From NCBI GenBank assembly GCA_013239625.1, contig MU053561.1, forward strand, positions 4,695,214 through 4,759,213: DNA of 64,000 nt, given 5' to 3'. The stretch comes from Lama guanicoe. Its lineage: Eukaryota. Positions 52,726-64,000 of this stretch are shown in pieces. Every line of letters begins with the position of its first letter. The stretch's first letter is position 1. The notes below the pieces were generated by a model. The model saw only the letters and a list, made by a program, of their open reading frames with translations. It made no database searches and had not been told where the DNA came from. A program made the translations under genes and the position numbers.

Positions 52726-54138
52726 GTGAGAAATAATTAGTTTTATGGCTATAACTTGGAACGCTGATTAGGAGGAGAAAGCATCTAAAACAAATTATAG
52801 ATACTTAAAGTTTCTAAACTTCATTCTAACATGTAAACTTTTTGGAAAATATGTTCTTCATTGGAAACTCATTTCAGCAGTGCTTATTACATCATTAAGA
52901 ATGTTGAGAGTCTCCTGTGTAGTTTTTAAAAATGTGTATCTCATTTCTAACTTTCCCCCCACATTTCTTAAAATTGATATTGACTGTTTCATATCAAAAA
53001 CTTAGCAAATCAGTCTTTGTTTTCTGGAATAATTTTTTAGATGCTTAGTAATTGTACCAAATTGCCCACTTGAGGAGGACCTCCAGGATGCTGATGTGTC
53101 CACATGCCATGTTCTGAGGCATGTTTGAAAGATAGGGTAGCTCTTTTCACATGGAAAAGAAATGGACTTTGCTTTTGTTACTCCACAGTGTGGACCTAAG
53201 AACCATAGGTGAAAGTTGCAGCTAGACAAACAACTCAATATAGTAAAACAAAACCCCCCAAGCTAACCAGCAAGTAGAGCTGTCTACAGATTGGTTAAAC
53301 TCATTTTTCAAAGTAGTCAAGTCCTCACCATTGAAAGTGTAAAAGCAGAGGTGAATGGCCTTTTGTTTAAAAAAAAAAGTAATCTTTGTGTATATTCAAG
53401 TTTGGCTATACCCTTAGATTAGGCATCGGTAAACTGTTTTTGTGCAACACGGTAGCTAAGTTTGGTTTTTACATTGTAAAGACTTGTAAAAACAAGTAAA
53501 GAGCAAGGAGTATACAACAGATTTTTTGTTGCTGCGAAGCCTAAAGTATCTGCCCTGTTACAGGAAAAAGGTTTGCCAACTCTATTTAAGATCAAACCTT
53601 CCTAAAATTTGCCTTCTGTTCCTAGAAAGCACTTGACTCTGTAAGAAGCAAGGAAAATTTGTTATTTCCAAGGATATAAGTGCTTTAAAACATTCAACAT
53701 TTTTCCAGAAAACAGTTTTTTTATAGCAGTCTAGTACTCTGCCCTGCACATTTTAACAGTCCAAAGGCAGACAGAATCAGTATTAGCTATCTTGAGTATC
53801 CTTAAATCTTGTCAGCGGAGAATTGATTTAGACTGACTAGATGGGCCTCCTCTAGTAATATCTATCTTTCTGCTCTCTTTAATTTTCTGTACATCTGTAC
53901 AAATAGAAAATAAGGACAGATAATAGATTCTGAAAAATCAAAAGCCAGTTATTTGGCTTTGGACTATGTTAGGTTTCTGATTTTCATCACCTTTAAACCT
54001 AGCTCCCATCCCTTCTGTGCTGTTGGAAGCTTTGAGTGCTGATAGTTGTCAAAGGAAAGAGGAAAATATAATGATTAATCCACAAAGTAGATGTTAGTTG
54101 ATTCTATGCAAATTATTCTCATTTTTTAAATCCTTCAG

Positions 54139-54413
54139 GTAATCTAGTAATAGAGAGTAAACCAGCTCCTGGTTATACTCCTAATGTTGTAGTTGGGCAA
54201 GTTCCTCCAGGGACAAACCACATTAGTAAAACCCCTGGACAGATTAACTTAGCACAGCTTCGACTTCAGCACATGCAACAGCAAGTGTATGCACAGAAAC
54301 ACCAGCAGCTGCAGCAGATGAGGATGCAGCAGCCGCCTGCACCTGTTCCAACGACAACAGCAGCCACACAGCAGCTCCCCAGACAGGCCGCCCCTCAGAT
54401 GTTACAGCAGCAG
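54139..54413 (+). CDS. TRIM33: TRIM33 coding exon (exon 9, 275 bp): Q/P-rich linker
   Basis: tccttcag| ... CAG|gtgaga. Translates (G)NLVIESKPAPGYTPNVVVGQVPPGTNHISKTPGQINLAQLRLQHMQQQVYAQKHQQLQQMRMQQPPAPVPTTTAATQQLPRQAAPQMLQQQ. Confidence 0.97.
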
Positions 54414-55006
54414 GTGAGAGCTATGTCATTGCGTTATTGATATCATTATGAAGACCTCAGGGCTACACTCTGTCTCATATAGAGGAGTTACACATTTCAA
54501 AGTCACTAACAGGGACAGAGCCCAGAGGTCAGTTTAAATATTTGCCTTGGGTGTGGCAGGGATGTGGGGAGTTATGAGGGAGGACAAAAAGTAAATACGT
54601 ATGATGGGAAACAAAATTAACTCTAGTACTGTGGAGGTATATATATTTTTATCCTCCATGCCACATCTTTTTTGTTTTGCACATGTGGCTTTGGGCCAAA
54701 GACCCATGTTGTTTCTGCCTAAGGTCTGATTCTTCAGGCATTTGTTCAAATCATTCCCATCCCTGTACCTCTCCTGTTCTCCCCTCTCCCATTAAAATTA
54801 TTAATGCAGTGTTGATTAAGTTAATGCAGGTATGCTTTAAAACATACACCTATACTGAGAGGAGATTGAGGCTAGAGATGAGAATGACTTACATTTTTTA
54901 GTTTATGCTCTTCTATCCTCACTAAATTATTTTTACCATAACATTTTATAATTGAAAGATAATTTTATAAATATTATTACATAAGTGCAATTTCTACCTC
55001 TTGCAG

Positions 55007-55171
55007 CCTCCAAGATTGATCAGTGTGCAAGCAATGCAAAGAGGCAACATGAACTGTGGAGCTTTCCAAGCCCATCAGATGAGATTGGCTCAGAATGCTG
55101 CCCGAATACCAGGGATACCCAGGCACAGCGGCCCTCAGTATTCCATGATGCAGCCACACCTCCAAAGACAA
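55007..55171 (+). CDS. TRIM33: TRIM33 coding exon (exon 10, 165 bp)
   Basis: ctcttgcag| ... CAA|gtatgc. Translates PPRLISVQAMQRGNMNCGAFQAHQMRLAQNAARIPGIPRHSGPQYSMMQPHLQRQ. Confidence 0.97.
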
Positions 55172-55799
55172 GTATGCCTAGAGTTACATTTGTAAGAATC
55201 ATATAATTTTAAAACTAAAAGACAACAGTTTTCTTAATCAGTTGTGGGATGGGGAGGACGGCTCTTTGATACCTTTGAGAATTTGATTAATGCTGTGTAT
55301 CTTCTTGTCCCAGAAAAATACACATAAAATATGTATTAAATTTTAAAGAACTTCTTTGATATCATTAAACCCATTGTATACTTTGGGTTAAGAACCCATG
55401 ATCTAGTCTAACCAATTCATTTTACAGAGTGAGAAACAAAGGAACTTGTTTTTTGTCTGTAGTCACAAGAGAGAATTGTAAAATCTAGATTAGAATTTGT
55501 TTCCTGAAATTGTTCCTCTCATCTTTCAATGTGACATTTTGAACCTAATACATAAAAAGGACTTTAAAAACAATAGAGCTATGTTATATGTAATTTTTTC
55601 CTTCTCTTTACTCAGTATTGCTTCTTTTAGGATAGATATGTCTACTCTTAAAAAGAAGTGTGTTTAGAGACTTGTTTTTTAATCTTTGCTTGAATAGTAG
55701 ATTATATTTGTATAGGAGGTATAATTATAAAAATGAGGCTACTTTTACATAGGGTTTCTAGTTATATATATAAAAAAAAGGTCATTTTATAATTGTTCA

Positions 55800-56500
55800 A
55801 GTGATGTTTCTCAAAGCATGCTTTAAAGACCATCAGAATGACTGGGGGACCTTGTCAGAAATAGATTCTGAGCCATAACCACTGAATCAGAATTTCTAGG
55901 AGGGGAGTACTCAGAAATGTGTGAACTTTTACTGACTCAGATCGATCTGCATACTGAAGTTGGGCAAGTGCTGTCCTAGAGCAGTGGTTGTCCAACTTTT
56001 TGGTCCAGTTACCTCTGGAAAGACTTTTAAAAAATACACACTCCCTCATATTTGAAAGTTGACATTTAAAGCTTCCATTGCAAGTTTAAATTTAAATAGT
56101 TGCAAAGGACATTCTGTCTAGCATATTGTAAATATTGACATTATAGTATTCTTGTAAATGGATCCACTATTGTCCCAAATACTGTAGCAAGTTCTTTTTG
56201 AAAGTCTAAATTTTATACTCCCTTTTCTCCTTGGGCTTGAATTTCCCATCTACTTTTACAGAATTTTATCTTAATATGTTTATGTTTGATATATGAATCA
56301 GTTTGTTGCAATTTCCACTGGAAGGATGTTCTCAGCTTTAAAATTCTTAAATTTCCAGTTGATAATGCTGTTATTAAGCTTTAATAAAACTTTTTCTTTA
56401 GACCACATTTTCATTACAGTTATTTCTATACAGTTTTTTAAACAAGGTAAATATATTTACCTTGTTTAAGAATTTTAGGAAAGAAAAATAAAATTCTTTT
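55800..56500. mobile_element. MER5A-like and Charlie-like hAT fragments
   Basis: tttctcaaag...catcagaat...ctgaatcagaatttctagg, followed by cagtggttgtccaactttt. Confidence 0.5.
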
Positions 56501-57923
56501 AGATATACATTTCTTTATGAGAGAGAGATTGAGCCTCTTCCTGTTCATTTATGCATGTTTGTATGTCTGTTACCTTGTTGTTAGAGTAAGTCAGAATTCA
56601 TCATCAATTTTTATTTTGTTTTGTTTTGTTTTCATGTGGTGCTTGGGAATCTTGTTCACAGAAATATGTATCTGGGAATTCAAAACTATTTAAAAAATAT
56701 TTTTTATCAGTTAACAGCATCTTCAGATCTTTCTTCATTTTTGTTGATTACCAGAACCCACTTAGAGATTTGTTACCCAGGTTTTGGAGCCAGGTACTTT
56801 GTCAACAACTTGACACCTTCCTTTCTAACTGTACCTTTGCTTGTCTCTCCAGGAGGATTTTTTTTTTTTAAACCCTGGGGCAGTATGCTGGATAAGATTA
56901 GGAGTGGGTTAGAGATGTGCTGTTTTGTATTTTGTTTTGGGAGAAGGGTAGTTGTGAAAGAAGTAATTGAAAAAAAAGAACTTACAGACCATGGCACATT
57001 CTTAGGCAAATTGAGTTTTCTTCAGAAAAGAGACATACGAAGGTTGACTATCTGGACTTTAATTTCCTTAAAAGTGTTCACATACCCACATACCCATGTA
57101 CCTCTTAGTACATGGAAAGCCTTCAAGTATTACGAGGGAGCAGGTAAACCCTTTGGAAGGGTCCAGAAGCTACAGAGTCAGACTGACCAACTATCACGGA
57201 ACATTGTCCTTAGACATTTGGGCCCCTACAGAAATCACTGAACGTTAGAATGTTAAGCTTTTAAATATTTTGAATGATTTATGTATATAGTAATTTATTT
57301 CCCAAAGATTTTCATCTATATAGTATCTTAAATGACCCTCATAACAGCCCTCTTAAAGACAGACATCCATTTTCATTCATCATTATCCACATTTCTGAAT
57401 TACCGAGATTATGATTTGGTCTGAAGTCACGTAGTATTTGAGTCAGGAATTGATGTCATGTTTCTATTTGTAAATTTGTTGTTCTTTCTGCTATATCAGT
57501 TACATAATACACAATTATACAATTAATTTTTATTTTAAAAAAGACAAAAAGTCCAAGTGAAATATAGACAGAACAGTGGCTTTCCTGGTCTGACATCTGA
57601 AAACTTTAGGGGCTTCCAGACTATCTATTATATATATCTTTGTTCTGAAGTAAAATGGTATCACTAGGCTGACAGGGTACAATTTTTAGCAAGTCTATTT
57701 TTTTTCCTAAGTGCTACACAAAAATGAGTAGAAAAATGAAAAGGCTAAGTTTGACTTCTTTTTTCCTTGCCTAAGTTTTAGAGTGCTTACTTCTTTGTCT
57801 CAGCCATAGGTATCAAACACTAAACTTGTGTATCCTTCCAAAACTAAAAATTGTTGTCAGGGTTTAGTTCATATTAGAATATCCTGGCAGATCAAATAAT
57901 GATAACATCTTCTTTCCTAACAG

Positions 57924-58124
57924 CACTCAAACCCAGGGCATGCTGGACCCTTTCCTGTTGTGTCAGTGCACAACAACCCAGTCAATCCAACCAGCCCTAC
58001 TACAGCTACAATGGCAAATGCAAATCGAGGTCCCACCAGCCCATCTGTTACAGCAATAGAACTAATTCCCTCAGTTACCAATCCAGAAAACCTTCCATCG
58101 CTGCCAGATATTCCACCCATACAG
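57924..58124 (+). CDS. TRIM33: TRIM33 coding exon (exon 11, 201 bp)
   Basis: tcctaacag| ... CAG|gtttgt. Translates HSNPGHAGPFPVVSVHNNPVNPTSPTTATMANANRGPTSPSVTAIELIPSVTNPENLPSLPDIPPIQ. Confidence 0.97.
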
Positions 58125-59789
58125 GTTTGTATTTAAGTTGAATGAAAGATTAAAAATTGTGTTAAATTAGGGAGTTAGAGTATATATTTTTGGTGGTTTT
58201 TCTTTTTAAATTCAGGAGCAGCATTTTTTTGGGAAATTTCCAAAGAGTAGAATATGAATATTTAAATTTTTAAAAGTTACACATGCTAAAAACTAGCACT
58301 CCTCAATATTTTAAAGTTACAAGGTGTCAGCTTTGCTGATCTTTGTATCATCTGCCGATAGGCAGACAGTGTGTTGAATGAAGCACTTCTGGTATACGTT
58401 TAGATCCATAAAGGAGGCCTAGTGCTGAAATACAGTCAAATTTTTGTCAGTCTTTTGTTAGGTACAGAAGGGATTGCCAACCCTTGTGCATACAGGTTGG
58501 ACTCAGAAAGCAAGAGGCTGGAAGGTCTAGATACCTGGTAGGGTATACCGAGAGAAAAGGTAGTTGTGAGGACTAGAAGATAGAGCGTGAAGGACATCTG
58601 AGTTGTCTTGTCCCTTTCACCTGTAGCATTTTCCTGAAGAAAAATACCATTCAGTGCCTTCTGAAATTTCATAAATTCATGTAAATAATCTTTTTTCTAA
58701 ATGTAAATATAGAATTTGAAGGTTATACTGAGTCATCTCATGCGTTGTGTGAGTTACTTAGGGTCAAGGGTCACCATGGGAGCAAAGAGCAGTGAAACTA
58801 AGACACTGTGACCAATGACTCTCTTTGTGGCTACAATTTAATATTTTTATGTATTTAGTGGATTTTTAAAGAGTTAGTTTTAAAGGATGTTTCTATAACT
58901 TCAGAATTGTTTCAAAATCACTAACTCGTGAATTCTCTTAATTTGATTGCTTCCCTGGTAATAGTAAAGTTGTGTTTTTTTTTTTTTTTTTATTTTTTTT
59001 GGTTAAGTGAATGGTGCTGAGAGTACTGGACTATATAGAATGGAAAAATTTGAAATATATTAATAAAAATAAAATTTATAAATGTAAGCTTATAATTTAC
59101 AAACTTTCAGCTTAATGCTTGAAATCATCTCATATGATATATAATATCCCTATTTTATGGATGAGAGTAGGACAGGTTGGTGATTTTCTCAGAGTTACCC
59201 AGTAGATGGATAATTTGAAATTCAAAGTCCAGCTTCTAATTACAAATCTAGTTCTCTCCCCACTATTTGTAGAAATAGCAGGGAGATAGTTTGGGTTTGT
59301 GGGCATGGACAGAGAGCGTACTGAGAGGCTTTGGGCAACCAGAGAGAGATAGGTACGATGTTAAAGGAGTCATTCAAGTTTTACTAAGCACTCAGTGCAT
59401 GTAAAGTGCTTGGGTGTTGAGAATAAAAAGAAACAAGACTTGGTTCCAATTCTTGAGAAACCTTCAAAGGGAGAAGGAAGGTTGCTAATGTCAAACTTAG
59501 CTTAATTTGCTAGGGCCACTCTGACCTTGATTTAGTTCTTTCTTATAGAGAGCAAATGGAGGAAGAGTAGATGTTCCCCATCTTTGAAAAGCTGAGCATC
59601 AAAAGGAAATGGGTCTTTATTAGGCTTCCCTTGTTATCTTGCTCAAAAGAGCTTTGAAATCAAAACAAGAATCTCTGGAATGTATCCCCCCCATCTTTAG
59701 TTTTCCATGCCTCTTTTTATGAACTTACTCTTCCTTGCAGATACACTGCCTGACCTTATTTTTATTTACTTATTTATTAAAGTATTGTC

Positions 59790-60470
59790 TACTTTTAAAA
59801 ATTGAGATATAATTCATACCCTAAATTCTAACGTTAAAAAATGTACAATTCAGTGGTCTGTAGTATATTCACAAGATGATGCAACCATCACCACTATCCA
59901 CTTTCAGAACCTCTTTATCACCCCGAAAGAAACTCATGTCCTCATTAGTAGTCACTCTCCATTTCTCTTTCCCAGCCCCTAGAAATCACTAATTTACTTT
60001 GTTTTTATGGATTTGCCTTTCCTGGACATTTTGTATGAATGGAATTATGCAATATCAGGCCTATCAGGCCTTTTGTGTCTGGCTTCCACTTAGCATGTTT
60101 ACCAGGTCCATCCACGTTGTAGCATATACCAGTACCGAATTCCTTTTTATGGCTGAATATTCTATTCTATGGAATTACCACATTTGTTCATCCATTCATC
60201 AGTTGATGGACATTTGGGTTTCTGCTTCTTGGCTGTTAGGAATAATGCTGCTGTGAACATTTGTATGCAGATTTTTGTGAACATAAGTTATCAGTTCTCT
60301 ATGTAAATTTCTAGGAGTGGAATTTTAGGGTCATGTTGTGAATGTGTTTAACGTTTTGAGGGACTGCCGAACTATTTTCCACAGTGGCTGCACCATTTTA
60401 CATTCCCACTAGCAGTGTTAGTGTGTGAGGATTTCAGTTTTTCCACATCCTTGCTAACACTTGTTACTGT
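59790..60470 (-). mobile_element. Older L1 3' end (L1MB-like)
   Basis: ttgagatataattcatac...tgtacaattcagtgg...ccattcatcagttgatggacattt...catttTacattcccac. Confidence 0.85.
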
Positions 60471-61904
60471 CACCCACTGTTAAAAGCAATTAGAGGTGGT
60501 TACCACTAATGTACAGCCACAGTAAGTAGTCAACCATATGAACCAAAAATAGAAGGGGAAGCAAACCTATCATCTCTTGAAGAATCAGTAACTTTTCTTC
60601 CTATACTGTAGTTTCCATGGTATAGTGGAAAGAAACCTGAGGGAGGTTACACAGGAAGCAGACAAGGTAGTATTAACTGTGCAATGCCAACAGGAAATAA
60701 ATACAAGGGTATCTCAGGTTTTTGTTGATATGTCTTAATACTGGTCATTACAGCCATCCGGTATAGAGTCGGTGTTGATTTAAATAGAATTCTCTCAACC
60801 TGACTTATTTTTTACTCTACTCTACTATTCATCTCCAGCAGATTGGAAGGGGATACATGATGAACCTCAATACTTTTTGAATAGCTAAATGAATATTAGA
60901 TTCTGTTCAGATTAGGTTATATTTAATGTAGTATTCTAATGATTTATTTTATTAAAATCTTTGCAATCAATTTTCCATATTTGGCATACTTAGTAATTTA
61001 ATTTATCTGGATACTATACTGGATATTATGAAGTCCTGGGAAAACCATGTGTGTCTTTCTGACACTCACATTTACATTTAAATGTTATAGAATACCCATT
61101 TTTGTACTGTAGTTCCCAACACTGGCTGTCTTCCATCTTTACCAGGATGATAGGTAAAAATGATGTTTGTTGATATCATTTAGATTTCTTTTATTCCTGT
61201 GGTTAGGTATCCTTAGTTTCATTGATTATTTGAGTTCCTTTGTGGATTGTCTTTTTCCTTTGAATTTGTAGAAATTATGTAACACTTACCTATTCTATGC
61301 AGGTATTCAGTGGTGCTTGGAAAACACTGGTTTAAAGAATAAATGAATGAATGTTTTTCAATTAGATGTATAACTTTATTTATAATGACCCTTCATCCTT
61401 ATCTGGTAAAACCTTGAGGTAAATACTTCAGCTAGCATTTCCCTGATGGGTGGTGTAGTGGCATCAAGGAAGCCCTTTTATGTACGTGTGGTTTGCCTCA
61501 TCCTAATCTTTCCACTCTTTTAGCCTTAGGGTTTCCTCTGGCCAGAGATATAGATTGCAGGTGGGAGAATATAAAAGGAGTAGGAGTAGAGGTAGGTAAC
61601 ATGGAACTTTCATATCTGTTTTGAATCATCCCCTCCTCCTTTGTGTTTAGGTGAGACATAGCTCAGTTTCTACCTGTGGCCCATATTAGGAACTGCCCCT
61701 CTTCATAAATCCTCTAGTTGGCTTTAGTTATAACTTACCAGTGAATCCTTAGCCAGTAGCTATGACCACCGGGCAGGCACAGCTACTAATACCCCTTAAT
61801 CATCCCTCTAGCTAGCCCACAGCACACTCATCTTTAGCCCTTTATGTCTCTGACATGAGGGTTTTTTAAGGGCTTTTATGGGAAAGACCTGTGTAGTTCA
61901 GTTG

Positions 61905-61975
61905 TTTTTTTTTTAATTGGAGGTACTGGGGATTGAATCCAAGATCTCATGCATCCTAAACATGCACTCTACCCT
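61905..61975 (-). mobile_element. Partial tRNA-derived SINE (Vic-1-like)
   Basis: ggaggtactggggattgaatccaagatctcatgcat...catgcactctacc. Confidence 0.75.
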
Positions 61976-64000
61976 GTTTTTTTAAATTACGTCAATTAAT
62001 TGACATACAACATTCATTTCAGTTGTACTACACAGTAATTCAGTGTTTGTATACATTTCAAAATGATTACCACAATAAGTCTAGTTAACATAAGTCACCA
62101 TACATAATTTAAAAATTTGTGTCTGAGATGAGGACTTTGAAGATTTACTCTCTTAGCAACTTTCAGATATGCTGTAGAGTATTAATTATAGTCACCGTGC
62201 TGTACGTGACCTCCCCGTGATTTATTTATTTTATAGCTGGAAGAGTGTGCCTTTTGATCCCTTTCACCCATTCACCCACCCACCACCTCTGGTGACCACA
62301 AATCTATTCTCTGCGTTTATGAGTTTGATTCTGTTTTTGTCTGTTGGTTTGTTTTCGAATTCCACATATAACTGAGATCATACGGCATTTGTCTTTCTGT
62401 CTGACTTATTTCACTTAGCATAATGCTTTCAGGTCCATCCACATTATCACAAATGACAAGATTTCCTTTTTTATGGCTAATGTTACATTGTGTATGTGAA
62501 TATTTTACATCTTCTTCATTCATTCATCTATAGCTTTGTCCATTCATTTCTCAGTGGACACTTAGGTTGCTTCCGTATCTTGGTTATTATAAATAATGCT
62601 TCAGTGAACATATATCTTTTCAAATTAGTGTTTTAGTTGTTTTCAGATAAACACCCAGAAGTGGAATTGCTGGATCATATGATAGTCTATTTTTAATGTT
62701 TTAAGGAACCTCTGTACTATTTTCCATAGTGGATACACCAATTTACATTCCCAGCATAGTGTACAAGGGTTCCCTTTTCTTTACATCATTTCCAACACTT
62801 GTTATATCTTCTCTTTTTGATAATAGCCATTCTAACTGGGGTGAGATGACATCTCATTGTGGTTTTGATTTGCATTTCCCTGATGATTAGTCATATTGAG
62901 CATCTTTCCATGTACCCGTTGGCCATCTGTATGTCTTTGGAAAATATCTCTATTTAGATCCTCTGCCCATTTTTTAATTGGATTGTTTGGTTTTTCTGCT
63001 GTTGAGTTATATGAGTTCTGTATGTATTTTGGATATTAACCCTTTACCAGATAAATGATTTGTGAATATTTTCTCTCATTCATTAGGTTTCCTTTTCATT
63101 TTGTTGATGATGGTTTCTGTGCAGAAGCTGTGCAGAAGCTTTTTAGTTTGACGTAGTCCCACTTGTTTACTTTGCTTTTGGAATCAGATGCAAAATCAGA
63201 TGCCAAGACCAGCATCAGAGAGTTTAATGCCTATGTTTTCTTCTGGGAGTTTTATGGTTTCAGGTGTTACATTCAAGTCTTTAATACATTTTGAGTTGAT
63301 TCCTCTGTGTGATGCAAGATAATAGTCTAGTCTCATTCTTTTGCATGTGGCTGTCCAGTTTTCCCAACACTGCTTCTTAAAGAGATTGTTCTTTCTCTTT
63401 TGTGTATTGGCTCCTTTGTTGTCAATTGACCATATATATGTGAGTTTATTTCTGGACTCTTTATTCTGTTTCATTGATCTGTAGGTCTTTTTTTATGCTA
63501 ATACCATACTGTTTTGATTACTATAGCTTTGTAATGTAGTTTGTAATCAGGGCCCATGATGCCTCCAACTTTCTTCTTTCTCCAGATTGCTTTGGCTAAT
63601 TGGGTTTTTTTTGTGGTTCCATAGAAATTGTATGGTTGTTTGTTCTATTTCTGTGAAAAATGCCATTGGAATTTTGATGGGGATTGCATTGAATCTATGG
63701 ATTGTTTTGGGTATTATGGACATTTTAACAATATTAACTCTTACGGTCTGCGAGCCCAGAGTATCTTTCCATTTATGTATTCTTCAGTTTCTTTCATCAG
63801 TGTCTTACAGATTTCAGTGTAGAAATATTTTCACCTCCTTGCTTAAATTTATTCTTTTTCATGTGATTGTAAGTAGGATTGTTTTCTTAATTTCTATTTC
63901 TTATTATAGTCCATTGTTAGTGTATAGAAATGCAACAGATATTTGTATTTTTATTTTGTGTCTTGCATCTTTACTGAATTCATTTATTACTTCTAATAGT
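61976..64000 (-). mobile_element. L1 3' UTR and ORF2 C-terminus, continuing past the window end
   Basis: The ORF at 63196..63474 ([20 protein letters not shown]) is L1 ORF2. Confidence 0.92.

Noticed and set aside
53041..53208. Candidate poison exon in intron 8 (ttttttag| ... TAG|gtgaaa, with an immediate in-frame stop)
   Set aside because: The donor is weak and such pseudo-exons are common. There is no support without RNA-seq or conservation data.
56621..57241. 206-aa intronic ORF
   Set aside because: Non-ATG start in T-rich intron 10, F/L-biased composition, no recognisable domain and no fit to the TRIM33 exon chain.

Overview
This is AT-rich mammalian genomic DNA from inside the TRIM33 (TIF1-gamma) gene on the + strand. 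Ten coding exons were read directly. They correspond to exons 2-11 by recalled human numbering and encode the RING C-terminus, B-box 1, B-box 2, the coiled coil and the Q/P-rich linker. All ten have GT-AG boundaries and join in one open frame. Exon 1 and the PHD-bromodomain exons lie outside the window. The tRNA-derived SINE family present suggests a camelid genome (inference). The introns are mostly transposable elements: L1, L2, MIR, hAT/Tigger DNA elements, MER21/MER77/MLT1-like LTRs and one degraded antisense ERV-L provirus (LTR, PBS-Leu, gag, pol). I found no prokaryotic-type or clearly new biological system. The best observations are L1-machinery products and a splicing feature: a TSD-flanked U6 retrocopy fused to 54 nt of unidentified sequence, a short L1 carrying a 51-nt 3' transduction, a tailless 35-nt U2 retrocopy, a TSD-flanked ~535-bp non-L1 insert, and exon junctions that regenerate a 5' splice site. 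Repeat subfamily names are from recall and need RepeatMasker/Dfam confirmation. Repeat boundaries are approximate unless a TSD is quoted.
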